Origin: Candidatus Doudnabacteria bacterium RIFCSPHIGHO2_02_FULL_43_13b
GTDB taxonomy: Bacteria; Patescibacteriota; Doudnabacteria; UBA920; O2-02-FULL-48-8
DNA length: 50,955 bases
NCBI GenBank assembly: GCA_001777655.1
Contig: MFER01000006.1
Location: 29,859-80,813, forward strand
Reading direction: 5' to 3'
Shown one piece after another: positions 35,013 through 44,121 of the stretch (its first letter is position 1; every line of letters begins with the position of its first letter). Under the pieces are notes generated by a model. The model was given only the letters and a program-made list of their open reading frames with translations. It ran no database searches and was not told the origin of the DNA. Both the position numbers and the translations under genes were made by a program.

Positions 35013-35453
35013 ATGCTTAAATTACATGAACTAAAACCATATAAAGGATCGACCAAAAAAAGGAAAGTTGTCGGCCGAGGAGTAGGATCAGGTCACGGAA
35101 CGTTTTCAGGCCGAGGGGCTAAAGGTCAGAAAGCCCGTTCTGGATCGTCAATGCCCCTGGGGTTTGAAGGCGGCCGGATGCCCTTGCACCGCCAGATTCC
35201 CAAAAAGCGGGGGTTTAAAAGCAGACAACCAAAGTCCATCGTGATTAATCTTGAAAGGCTCGATCGAAAATTTAAAACAGGTGAGACGGTAAATCCTAAA
35301 ATTTTACTGGCCAAGGGTTTAATTAAGTCCACAACCGAACCAATTAAAATTTTAGGAGCGGGGAAAATTAACATGGTTTTGACTTTTGAAAAAGTCATGA
35401 TTTCTAATTCTGCCAAAGAAAAAATTATCGCCGCGGGCGGAAAAATAATCTAA
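35013..35453 (+). CDS. rplO: 50S ribosomal protein L15
   Basis: MLKLHELKP...GRGVGSGHGTFSGRGAKGQKAR. Confidence 0.94.
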   Translation: MLKLHELKPYKGSTKKRKVVGRGVGSGHGTFSGRGAKGQKARSGSSMPLGFEGGRMPLHRQIPKKRGFKSRQPKSIVINLERLDRKFKTGETVNPKILLAKGLIKSTTEPIKILGAGKINMVLTFEKVMISNSAKEKIIAAGGKII

Positions 35454-35456
35454 TCT

Positions 35457-36752
35457 ATGTCAAGACTTGCTCAACTTTGGAAAGTCCGAGATTTGCGCAA
35501 CCGCATTATTATTGTGGCGTTACTTTTGGTCGCCACCAGAATTTTGGCGCATATCCCAATTCCAGGGATTGAGTTAACGAACCTGCGGTCATTGTTAAAC
35601 AGTAACCAGCTGCTTGGTCTATTTGATATTTTTTCTGGTGGAGGTTTGAGTAATTTTTCCATCATCATGCTCGGGGTTGGCCCGTATATTACCGCGACGA
35701 TTATCATTCAGCTGTTAACCATCATCGTTCCGAAATTGGCAGAATTACAAAAAGAAGGTGGGGAAGCAGGCCGAGCGAAACTGAATCAATATATGCGGGT
35801 TCTGACGGTTCCGCTGACCGCGATCCAAGCCTATGGCACAATTGTGTTGTTGAGCCGATCTGGGGGCTTGAGTGTGGTGGCTGATTTTACGGCCTTTCAG
35901 TGGTTTGTGAGCTTACTATCGATCACTACCGGGACCATGATTTTGCTTTGGCTGGGTGAAATGATCTCAGAGTTTAAGATTGGTAATGGAGTTTCTTTGA
36001 TTATTTTTGCTGGAATAGTGGCGAGAATTCCAGCCGTCGTGCAGCAAGGTTATGTTTCTTTAAGCGATGCTTCTGGTATTTCTCCGACTAATCTTGTCAC
36101 TTTATTATCATATTTGATATTGGGTCTGATCGTGATTTCCGGAGTCGTGATGATTACGGAAGCTCAGCGCAATATCCCTGTTTCTTACGCCAAACGAGTC
36201 AGAGGAAACAAAATGTATGGCGGCGTCAATACGCATCTGCCATTACGGGTCAATCAAGCCGGAGTGATCCCGATCATCTTCGCGATTTCGATTTTACTTT
36301 TTCCGGGGCTGATCGCCAACTTCTTTTCGGGGGCTAAAACCGAACTGGTGGCCAATATCGCCACGGCGATTAACAATTTTTTCCAAAACCAAACCTACAA
36401 CAGTATCATGTATTTTGTGTTAGTCGTGGCTTTTACCTATTTTTACACGGCGATCGTATTCAACCCCGATGAGATTTCTGACAATATTCAAAAACAGGGC
36501 GGGTTTATCCCGGGCCTGCGTCCGGGCAGCCAAACCGCAGATTTTCTCTACAAAGTTTTGAATCGGATTACCTTGGTGGGCGCGTTATTTTTGGGCTTGA
36601 TCGCGGTTTTGCCAAATATTGTCCAAATATTTACCCATACGCAAGCCCTGACCTTGGGCGGTACCGGGCTTTTGATCGTGGTCTCGGTCGTCATAGAAAT
36701 AATGAAACAAGTTCAAGCCCAAATGGTGATGCGGGATTACGAGGATTTTTAA
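35457..36752 (+). CDS. secY: Preprotein translocase subunit SecY
   Basis: 431 aa, 10 TM segments. GIEL...FSGG and LLWLGEMISE motifs. Confidence 0.95.
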   Translation: MSRLAQLWKVRDLRNRIIIVALLLVATRILAHIPIPGIELTNLRSLLNSNQLLGLFDIFSGGGLSNFSIIMLGVGPYITATIIIQLLTIIVPKLAELQKEGGEAGRAKLNQYMRVLTVPLTAIQAYGTIVLLSRSGGLSVVADFTAFQWFVSLLSITTGTMILLWLGEMISEFKIGNGVSLIIFAGIVARIPAVVQQGYVSLSDASGISPTNLVTLLSYLILGLIVISGVVMITEAQRNIPVSYAKRVRGNKMYGGVNTHLPLRVNQAGVIPIIFAISILLFPGLIANFFSGAKTELVANIATAINNFFQNQTYNSIMYFVLVVAFTYFYTAIVFNPDEISDNIQKQGGFIPGLRPGSQTADFLYKVLNRITLVGALFLGLIAVLPNIVQIFTHTQALTLGGTGLLIVVSVVIEIMKQVQAQMVMRDYEDF

Positions 36753-36802
36753 TTTTTTGCGAAGCAAAAAATTACCCCGACCGTAGCGTTGGGGTAATAC
36801 TT

Positions 36803-36834
36803 AACGCCTCAAGCGCTTGAGGCGTTTAAATTTT
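36803..36834 (+). terminator. Terminator-like perfect 24-nt palindrome plus T-rich tail after secY
   Basis: aacgcctcaagc/gcttgaggcgtt followed by taaatttt. Confidence 0.5.
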
Positions 36835-36859
36835 AGAGAGTTTAAGCTATAATAATAAT

Positions 36860-36968
36860 ATGAATCCCGTTAGAAGTATTGAGTTGTTTATTAAAACTCT
36901 GGATTATATTCTATCGGGTGAATTATAAAAATTATTAATATTAACTAATTGCAACTTCTAACGGGATG
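36860..36968 (+). promoter_or_regulatory. adk leader: long-range helix pairing aatcccgttagaagt with acttctaacgggat, which covers the adk ATG
   Basis: Arms at 36863-36877 and 36954-36967. The 5' arm starts with an ATG (22-codon uORF). Confidence 0.5.
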
Positions 36969-37538
36969 AAACTACAAAATATCATTGTCATTTTGGGGCC
37001 GCCTGGGAGCGGCAAGGGCACGCAAAGTAAACTTTTGGTAGAGAAATTAGGCTACGCTTATTTTAGTATGGGCGGATATTTCCGTGAGGTTGCAGCTTCG
37101 AACGAAGAAATAAAAGCCATGATTGATAAGGGCCTGATCGTGCCGGACGCACAAACTGAAGCAATTTTTCGAGCCGGTGTTGATAAAGCAATTGTTAATG
37201 CTAGTGGATTGGTGCTAGATGGATTCCCGCGAACCCTGGGTCAAATCGAAATGTTCAAGCGATTTTTAAACGATCACAGTGATCCTAGATTCCATCTTCT
37301 TTTTCTGGATGTGGATAAGCAGAAATTAATAAATCGCCTTCTGCTACGCAGTAAAATTGAAAGTCGGGTTGATGATACTGATATAAACTTGATTGGGAAA
37401 AGATTTGACGAGTATATGGCTAAAACCGTTCCTGTAAAAAGCTATTTTAGTTCCAATCAAGCCATGATTCACATCAACGGCGATCAGCCAGTCGAGGCGG
37501 TTCATCAGGAGATAATGGAAAAGCTAGGACTTCAATGA
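36966..37538 (+). CDS. adk: Adenylate kinase (short, no zinc lid)
   Basis: ILGPPGSGKGTQ P-loop and DGFPRT. Confidence 0.92.
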   Translation: MKLQNIIVILGPPGSGKGTQSKLLVEKLGYAYFSMGGYFREVAASNEEIKAMIDKGLIVPDAQTEAIFRAGVDKAIVNASGLVLDGFPRTLGQIEMFKRFLNDHSDPRFHLLFLDVDKQKLINRLLLRSKIESRVDDTDINLIGKRFDEYMAKTVPVKSYFSSNQAMIHINGDQPVEAVHQEIMEKLGLQ

Positions 37539-37645
37539 ATCCCGTTAGAAATATGACATTGCTGAAGATCAGGAAGATTTATATCCAACGGGATGATTAT
37601 AAATATATTTGTTTATTAACTAATCATTATTTCTAAACGGGATGA
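37535..37645 (+). promoter_or_regulatory. Second copy of the leader helix in front of the adk paralog
   Basis: Arms at 37538-37552 and 37629-37643. The uORF ATG overlaps the adk stop (ATGA). Confidence 0.5.
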
Positions 37646-38205
37646 AAAAAAGACTTGGCTTTGATTTGATATTACTTGGCGATTCAACTTCGGGTAAAGA
37701 CACCCAAGCTAATTTATTGGCGAAGCAGTATAGGGTCCGCCTAGCAAGATCGGGGCATTATTTAAGACAATTAAAAAGTTATAAATACCGCGGCGGGGTT
37801 CCAGCCCCGACCAGTTTAATTATTCCCTTCCTGAATTATTATTTAAAAAATTTAAGTTGGCATAGGAATATAATTTTTGTTGGCGCGGCTCGATTAAAGC
37901 ACGAAGCAGAATATCTGGTTAAACATTTGAAGCAACGAAATCGAGATTTTTTCGTTTTATATATTAAAATCCCAAAATCAGAAATTATTAAACGGTCGAA
38001 GCGCAGAGCCGAGAGGTTGGAAGATACCAGTTTAACCTTAATCAATAGCAGAATAGCTTATTATAAAACTAAGGTAAGTAAGACCGTCAAATTTTATCAA
38101 ACTTTGAAAAAAATAAAATTCATAAACGGTAACCAAAGCATAAAGGCTGTTCACCACGATATTATAAATGCCATTCATGATTATCAACGATCCAAAAGAA
38201 ATTAG
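37642..38205 (+). CDS. Divergent adenylate/nucleoside-monophosphate kinase paralog with an altered P-loop
   Basis: LLGDSTSGKDTQ in place of GPPGSGKGTQ, with the same length and overall layout. Confidence 0.6.
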   Translation: MKKRLGFDLILLGDSTSGKDTQANLLAKQYRVRLARSGHYLRQLKSYKYRGGVPAPTSLIIPFLNYYLKNLSWHRNIIFVGAARLKHEAEYLVKHLKQRNRDFFVLYIKIPKSEIIKRSKRRAERLEDTSLTLINSRIAYYKTKVSKTVKFYQTLKKIKFINGNQSIKAVHHDIINAIHDYQRSKRN

Positions 38206-38944
38206 TTTTTTGCGACAAGGTGGCAGGATTCTAGTCACTATTTTAAATTTAGTTGCCTCTCAGGCGAAAGCCGGGACGGCCTCTTACGATTTAGATTATT
38301 TGGCCGAACAGGAAATCAGAAAGTGTGGAGGCATCCCAGCTTTTAAAAATTATCGCGCGCGAAAAAGAGACCCCGCTTTTCCGTCTAGCCTTTGTGTTTC
38401 GGTCAACGACGAGGTTGTACACGGGATCCCGACTAAAAATAAAATTTTGAAGAGTGGGGATATTGTTGGCCTTGATTTAGGAGTTTTGTATCAAGGTTTT
38501 TATACAGATGCCGCGCTTACTATCCCAATTGGAGAAGTGGATCAAACTTCACTGAAACTGATTGCGGCGGCCAAAGAATGTTTGAATAAGGCTATAAAAA
38601 TTATTAAACCCGGCAAGTTTACCGGCGACATCGGCGCGATTATTGAATCAACAGCCCAAAAGTACGGGTTTGTCGTGGTTCGGGAATTGGTTGGTCACGG
38701 TGTGGGTTGGGCCGTGCACGAAGAACCGGAAATTCCTTGTTTTGGTAAAGTTGGAACCGGAACCAAATTAGTGGAAGGCATGGTAATTGCGGTCGAGCCA
38801 ATGATTAACGAAAAAGGCTGGAAAGTTATCTTTAATGAAGACCGTTGGACTATTAAAACTCAAGATGGCGGTCGGAGCGCGCATATGGAGCATACTTTGT
38901 TAGTCACAAAAAATGGTTGTGAGATACTGACGAATATGGTATAA
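38168..38944 (+). CDS. map: Methionine aminopeptidase type I
   Basis: VCHGIP-like VVHGIP, GDIVGLDLG and HGVGWAVHEEP. Confidence 0.93.
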   Translation: MPFMIINDPKEISFLRQGGRILVTILNLVASQAKAGTASYDLDYLAEQEIRKCGGIPAFKNYRARKRDPAFPSSLCVSVNDEVVHGIPTKNKILKSGDIVGLDLGVLYQGFYTDAALTIPIGEVDQTSLKLIAAAKECLNKAIKIIKPGKFTGDIGAIIESTAQKYGFVVVRELVGHGVGWAVHEEPEIPCFGKVGTGTKLVEGMVIAVEPMINEKGWKVIFNEDRWTIKTQDGGRSAHMEHTLLVTKNGCEILTNMV

Positions 38945-38959
38945 TATATTAAGAAATAT

Positions 38960-40171
38960 ATGGCAGAAACAAAAAAAGAAGAAAAAATCCTAACTTCTGA
39001 CCTCCCCGAGCAACAAGAAAAACTAAATTTTCGGCTATTAGCGCTAGTGGTGCTGTTAAGTTTTATTTTTGGGATTGCTGGGTCTATTTTTGGCGCCCAA
39101 TTCTTTAATTCGACGCCAAATCAGCAGCTGCAAGATTCCGGAGAGATTAAAACCATCCAAGTGAATGAGCAATCAGCCGTGGTGGACGTAGTTAAGCGGG
39201 CCAGCCCAGCGGTGGTTTCGATTATTGTTTCGAAAGATCTAAACAAAATTCCGGGTTTTTCAACTTCGCCATTTAATCTGGATCAATTCTTTCCTGATTC
39301 TGATTTTCAAGAAGTTGGAGGCGGCAGTGGTTTTGTTATTTCCTCTGATGGACTGATTGCTACTAATAAGCACGTGGTGGAAGATGAAAATGCCACCTAT
39401 ACCGTGTTGATGAATGATGGAAAAAAATATGACGCGGAAGTTTTGTCTCGCGATCCTGTGAATGATTTAGCTTTGGTCAAAATCCAGGCTGAAAATTTAA
39501 CTACCTTAACCCTCGGCGATTCATCAAGTTTGCAAATCGGACAAAAAGTGATTGCTATCGGGAACTCTTTGGGCCAATATCGTAACACGGTCACGACAGG
39601 GGTTGTGTCTGGGATTGGTCGGACAGTCACTGCTTCCGGCAGCGCTTCCGGATCTGAACTGTTAGAAGGAGTTATCCAAACCGACGCCGCAATAAATCCT
39701 GGGAATTCTGGGGGTCCATTGTTAGACATCGGTGGCACTGTGATTGGAATTAATACCGCAATTGATCAACTGGGCCAGTTAGTTGGTTTTGCGCTGCCGG
39801 TTAATGATTTAAAAAAGGATTGGGAAAGCTTCAAAAAATTCGGCCGGATCGTCAAACCGTTCTTAGGAGTCAGATATGTTTTAGTCAACGAAACCATAAA
39901 AGAAGAAAACGAACTAACAGTAGATTACGGTGCCTTGATCATTGGGGGAGGCAAGCCTTCCGAGCCCGCAGTAATTATAGGTTCAGCCGCGGATAAAGCA
40001 GGTTTGCGAGAAGGAGATATTATTTTGGAAGTAAACGGTATACGAGTGGATTCGGAGCATAGTTTAGCTGGGATTTTGAAGGATTATGACCCTTCTGATG
40101 TGGTTAAAATGAAAGTTTTGACGCGCGGTGAGACAAAAGAGGTAACGGTAACTTTGGGAGAAAGTAAATGA
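38960..40171 (+). CDS. HtrA/DegP-family serine protease with a PDZ domain
   Basis: TNKHVV, DLALVKI and GNSGGPL catalytic triad context. C-terminal PDZ (GLREGDIILEVNG). Confidence 0.9.
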   Translation: MAETKKEEKILTSDLPEQQEKLNFRLLALVVLLSFIFGIAGSIFGAQFFNSTPNQQLQDSGEIKTIQVNEQSAVVDVVKRASPAVVSIIVSKDLNKIPGFSTSPFNLDQFFPDSDFQEVGGGSGFVISSDGLIATNKHVVEDENATYTVLMNDGKKYDAEVLSRDPVNDLALVKIQAENLTTLTLGDSSSLQIGQKVIAIGNSLGQYRNTVTTGVVSGIGRTVTASGSASGSELLEGVIQTDAAINPGNSGGPLLDIGGTVIGINTAIDQLGQLVGFALPVNDLKKDWESFKKFGRIVKPFLGVRYVLVNETIKEENELTVDYGALIIGGGKPSEPAVIIGSAADKAGLREGDIILEVNGIRVDSEHSLAGILKDYDPSDVVKMKVLTRGETKEVTVTLGESK

Positions 40172-40572
40172 GGATCTTGGCGCTTGACTGGGGAACGGTT
40201 CGCGTCGGGGCCGCGGTTTCTGATCCGGATGGCAAAATCGCCTTCCCGCTTGATCGATTCATCGATAAACAATCGGCTGACGAGGAAATAAAAAAAATCA
40301 TACAAGAACTGGAAGTTGCCAAAATCGTGATCGGGCTGCCGAAAGGATTGAATGGGCAAGAAACGGAAAGCAGTAAACTGGCCTTACAGTTTATCGAGAA
40401 TTTGAAAGAAAAAATTGCTCAACCAATCGAAATTTTAGATGAACGATTTACGACGATCGCCGCAACCAAAAGTTTAGCTAATCAGGGGATCTCGGAAAAA
40501 GAGCAACGAGGACTTCGGGATAATCTCTCGGCCCAAATAATGTTGCAACAATACCTCGATTCACCCCGTTAG
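40168..40572 (+). CDS. ruvX: YqgF/RuvX putative pre-16S rRNA nuclease
   Basis: MRILALDWGTVRVGAAVSD. Confidence 0.9.
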   Translation: MRILALDWGTVRVGAAVSDPDGKIAFPLDRFIDKQSADEEIKKIIQELEVAKIVIGLPKGLNGQETESSKLALQFIENLKEKIAQPIEILDERFTTIAATKSLANQGISEKEQRGLRDNLSAQIMLQQYLDSPR

Positions 40573-40644
40573 AAATTTATTTTTGGTTATATTCAAGCTT
40601 CGGACATAACATTCCAAATTCAGAATTATTAAAACAAATATTCT

Positions 40645-41643
40645 TTGAGTGAATTTCGACAAGACATAGTATCCAAACACTGGGTATTGTTCGCGCCAAA
40701 CCGAGGGGGCAGACCGGAGGATTTTAAACATGCTGAGAAATCTACCGATCCGTCAAAATTTCATGAAGTTGAAAAAGATTGCGTATTTTGTCCCGGGAAT
40801 GAGAACTATAATCAGGAGATTGTAGCTTATCCTAAGAGGAGAGATTGGCAAATCAGGGTGATCCCGAATAAATTTGAAGCCTTAGGACACACCGGAGGCC
40901 GTGAGCGTTCGGATTTTTATCAGGTTAGGGAAGGAATTGGTGATCATGAGGTGGTGATTACCAGACCGCACAATGTTTTGACGGGTTTTTTGTCCGATGA
41001 TTTGATGGATTTAAATTTGAGAGTTTATCAAGACCGGATGCGAGAACTTTCGGGGCACCCGGAAGTTGAATATGTTCACGTGCTCCAAAATCACGGCCGC
41101 GAAGGCGGAGCGACACTGGTTCATCCTCACTCGCAAATTTTTGCCACCCCGTTCGTTCCGGAACATTTGCATGACGAGGTCGTTGGCAGTTATGTTTATT
41201 TTCACCAAAACGGCGCCTGTATTTACTGTGAGATGATTTATAAAGAATTACAAGATAAAGAACGAATCATTCTTGATCATAAAGATTTTTTAGTGTTTTG
41301 TCCGTTTGCCTCTCGTGTTCCCTATGCCGTAAGAATTATCGCAAAAAGCCACCGAGCGAGTTTTATTGACATTACTGCCGCGGAGCGTAGTTCTTTAGCT
41401 GTTGTATTAAAGCAGGTCCTTCAAAAAATTTATTATAAATTAAATAATGTCTCTTATAATTATTACATTCATACTATGCCAGCCACCCATTCTCTGTTAA
41501 CTCGGTATGATCCGAGGGCATATCATTGGCATCTGGAAATTTTGCCCAGACTAAATGTTTGGGGTGGGTTTGAATTAGGATCTGATGTTTATGTAAATAC
41601 GATTTTGCCGGAAAACGCGGCGGATTTTTATAGAATTCCATGA
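40645..41643 (+). CDS. galT: Galactose-1-phosphate uridylyltransferase (HIT superfamily)
   Basis: CVFCPGNE zinc site and HPHSQI active-site motif. TTG start. Confidence 0.85.
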   Translation: MSEFRQDIVSKHWVLFAPNRGGRPEDFKHAEKSTDPSKFHEVEKDCVFCPGNENYNQEIVAYPKRRDWQIRVIPNKFEALGHTGGRERSDFYQVREGIGDHEVVITRPHNVLTGFLSDDLMDLNLRVYQDRMRELSGHPEVEYVHVLQNHGREGGATLVHPHSQIFATPFVPEHLHDEVVGSYVYFHQNGACIYCEMIYKELQDKERIILDHKDFLVFCPFASRVPYAVRIIAKSHRASFIDITAAERSSLAVVLKQVLQKIYYKLNNVSYNYYIHTMPATHSLLTRYDPRAYHWHLEILPRLNVWGGFELGSDVYVNTILPENAADFYRIP

Positions 41644-42416
41644 AAAGACTAATCATTGCTAATTGGAAAATGAATCCGCAAACCCTCGAGGAAGCCAAAA
41701 AACTGATGGTTTCCTGGCAACACCGTCTGCATTTTGTCGCGGATCATGTAGAGGTTGTGATTTGTCCGCCATTTGTTTTTCTTCCCAGCCTCCACCACCA
41801 CGTTGCTGTAATAAAATTGGGTGCTCAGAATATGAGTTGGATTGAAGAAGGCGCCCTGACCGGGGAAGTATCGGCGATCCAATTGAAACACTGGAAGGTT
41901 AGTTACGTAATTTTGGGACACTCGGAACGCCGGCTATATTTGGGCGAAACCGACTCGATAGTGAATGAAAAAGTCAAACTTGCCTTATATCACAAACTGA
42001 CTCCCATTCTTTGCTTGGGCGGGGAACAGGGAGCGGATAGGGATCAAATGCAAAGTTTAGTCACCAAGCAATTTGCTGCATGCACGAAAGATGTTGAGGA
42101 TAAAAATTTGCATAAAATCGTTTACGTTTACGAACCGACCTGGGCGATTTCAACTATGAATAAATCTCGACCGGAGACCGGCGAGCATGCGGCGGAAATG
42201 GTTGATCATATATATACACTATTGGAACACCGGATTGGAAAAGCTGCCAAAACGGCAAAAGTGCTTTACGGCGGGACTGTGAATAAACTGAACGTGCACG
42301 AGTATGCAAAATTCCCTCAAATCGATGGCGCCTTGGTCGGGGCGGCTAGTCTGGACAGTGAAAATTTTTGGCAAATAATCAAGGAGTTTCATCGTGAAAG
42401 TTTACATAGGAGCTGA
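41640..42416 (+). CDS. tpiA: Triosephosphate isomerase
   Basis: IANWKMN, ILGHSERR and YEPTWAI. Confidence 0.93.
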   Translation: MKRLIIANWKMNPQTLEEAKKLMVSWQHRLHFVADHVEVVICPPFVFLPSLHHHVAVIKLGAQNMSWIEEGALTGEVSAIQLKHWKVSYVILGHSERRLYLGETDSIVNEKVKLALYHKLTPILCLGGEQGADRDQMQSLVTKQFAACTKDVEDKNLHKIVYVYEPTWAISTMNKSRPETGEHAAEMVDHIYTLLEHRIGKAAKTAKVLYGGTVNKLNVHEYAKFPQIDGALVGAASLDSENFWQIIKEFHRESLHRS

Positions 42417-42843
42417 TCATGGAGGGTTTAAATTGAAGGAAGAGATTAAAGAATGGCTGAGCGAGTGGCATATTGAATTTACCGACCTGGGAGCCAATAA
42501 TTACACCCCGGAAGACGATTATCCCGATTATGCGTGGCCAGTGGCGGTAAGGGTTGGTAATGAGCAAGGAACTTTCGGCATTTTGGCCTGCCGATCTGGT
42601 CAGGGGGAAGCGATTGTTGCCAATAAAGCTAAAGGCGCCCGCGCTGCGCTGGCCTGGAATGAAAAAACTGCTTTTGCCGCCCGTAATGATGACGATGCCA
42701 ATATTTTATGCCTACCTGCTGATTATATTACCGTGGATAATGCAAAAAAAATCGTCCACGCATTTTTAACAACGCCATTTGGCAAAGACGAACGATATCA
42801 TCGGAGAGTGGATAAAGTAAAAAAAATTGATATCAATTTGTAG
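42394..42843 (+). CDS. rpiB: Ribose-5-phosphate isomerase B
   Basis: GTG start. MKVYIGADHGGFKLKE and ILACRSGQG. Confidence 0.9.
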   Translation: MKVYIGADHGGFKLKEEIKEWLSEWHIEFTDLGANNYTPEDDYPDYAWPVAVRVGNEQGTFGILACRSGQGEAIVANKAKGARAALAWNEKTAFAARNDDDANILCLPADYITVDNAKKIVHAFLTTPFGKDERYHRRVDKVKKIDINL

Positions 42844-42864
42844 TCTCTAATATTTATAAGTATA

Positions 42865-42886
42865 ATACTCTCGTGTATTAGACTAT
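42865..42886 (+). promoter_or_regulatory. 22-nt box atactctcgtgtattagactat overlapping the start codon of the YerC-like gene
   Basis: 21/22 identical copy at 43376-43397. An inverted partial partner tagtctctaata lies at 42841-42852. Confidence 0.55.
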
Positions 42887-43376
42887 GACCAAACTCTCTA
42901 AGTTAAAACTTGACCCCGAAGACTTCGGCCATTACGTGAATAACCTCTGGTCTGCGTTTACTTTAATGGACACCAAGGAAGATATCCGGCTTTTATTTAG
43001 AGATTTGTTTACGCATACAGAATACAAAATGTTTGCAAAAAGATTGGAAATAGCTCGCAGGTTAATTGCAGGGCAGACTTATGAGGAAATAAAGAAATCG
43101 CTAAACGTTACAGCGACTACAATTTCTAATGTAAATAATATATTGTCTGAAAAAGGTGGAGGATACCGGAAGGTTCATGATAAATTAATTATAATTGAAA
43201 AATCCCGCCAAGTAGCGCAAGATAAAAGACAAAATCAATTGGAACGTCATGGAAGAAAGAAACTGTCCTCAGAAACCTTTGTATTTGATTTGGCTGTCGA
43301 AGGCTTCAAGGCGGCTAGTAAAAAAATCCAGAAAACAATAAAAGAGAAATCTGTAAGTCATGAACTAACACTCTGA
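42885..43376 (+). CDS. YerC/YecD-like TrpR-family DNA-binding protein with a C-terminal extension
   Basis: LFRDLFTHTEYKMFAKRLEIARRLIAGQTYEEIKKSLNVTATTISNV resembles the TrpR/YerC HTH. Confidence 0.65.
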   Translation: MTKLSKLKLDPEDFGHYVNNLWSAFTLMDTKEDIRLLFRDLFTHTEYKMFAKRLEIARRLIAGQTYEEIKKSLNVTATTISNVNNILSEKGGGYRKVHDKLIIIEKSRQVAQDKRQNQLERHGRKKLSSETFVFDLAVEGFKAASKKIQKTIKEKSVSHELTL

Positions 43377-43397
43377 TACTCCCGTGTATTAGACTAT
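43376..43397 (+). promoter_or_regulatory. Second copy of the 22-nt box, overlapping the stop codon and preceding the SDR gene
   Basis: atactcccgtgtattagactat. Confidence 0.55.
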
Positions 43398-43422
43398 AAC
43401 TGGTAATATTCTATGTAACTAT

Positions 43423-44121
43423 ATGAAAATATCTGAGAAAAAAGTGATAATAATAACAGGTGGGAGTGAGGGGTTAGGTAAAGCAATTGCTACCAAATTG
43501 GCTTCAGACAACCAAGTTGTGATTTGTGCATTGAATGAAGAAAAACTAAAGGCCACGTCCTCTGAAATCGGCTGTGATTATTTTATCTGTGATGTAACTA
43601 ACAATGATCAAATTGAAAGTATGGTGAAAGAAGTTGTAAAGAAATATGGACGAATTGATGTATTGATAAATAACGCGGGTTTATGGATACAAGGAGAACT
43701 GGACTCGAATGATTCAGTGCAAATAAAGCGGCTTTTTGAAGTGAATACTGTAGGGACCATTTTATATTCCCGAGCCGTTATTCCCCAAATGAAAAAACAG
43801 CAAGCGGGCTGGATTCTAAATATTATCAGTCAAGCTGGATTTTATGGGAAAGCAGAGCGCTCAATTTATAATGCTTCCAAATGGGCGATTACAGGTTTTA
43901 CCAAATCTCTAGAGCCAGAACTTTCTAAGCATGGCATAAAAGTAGTTGGTCTATACCCGGGCATGATGAAAACGGACATATTTAAAAAAATAGGAGTAGA
44001 AAAAAACACTTCTAACGGACTTGATACAGCCGATGTTGCAAAAATTATCGAATTTATTATTTCCTTCGATAACTCACCGCTGACATTTCCAGAAATCGGG
44101 TTTAAACATATTAATCAATGA
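43423..44121 (+). CDS. Short-chain dehydrogenase/reductase (SDR)
   Basis: TGGSEGLGKA, NNAG and YNASKWA. Confidence 0.88.
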   Translation: MKISEKKVIIITGGSEGLGKAIATKLASDNQVVICALNEEKLKATSSEIGCDYFICDVTNNDQIESMVKEVVKKYGRIDVLINNAGLWIQGELDSNDSVQIKRLFEVNTVGTILYSRAVIPQMKKQQAGWILNIISQAGFYGKAERSIYNASKWAITGFTKSLEPELSKHGIKVVGLYPGMMKTDIFKKIGVEKNTSNGLDTADVAKIIEFIISFDNSPLTFPEIGFKHINQ

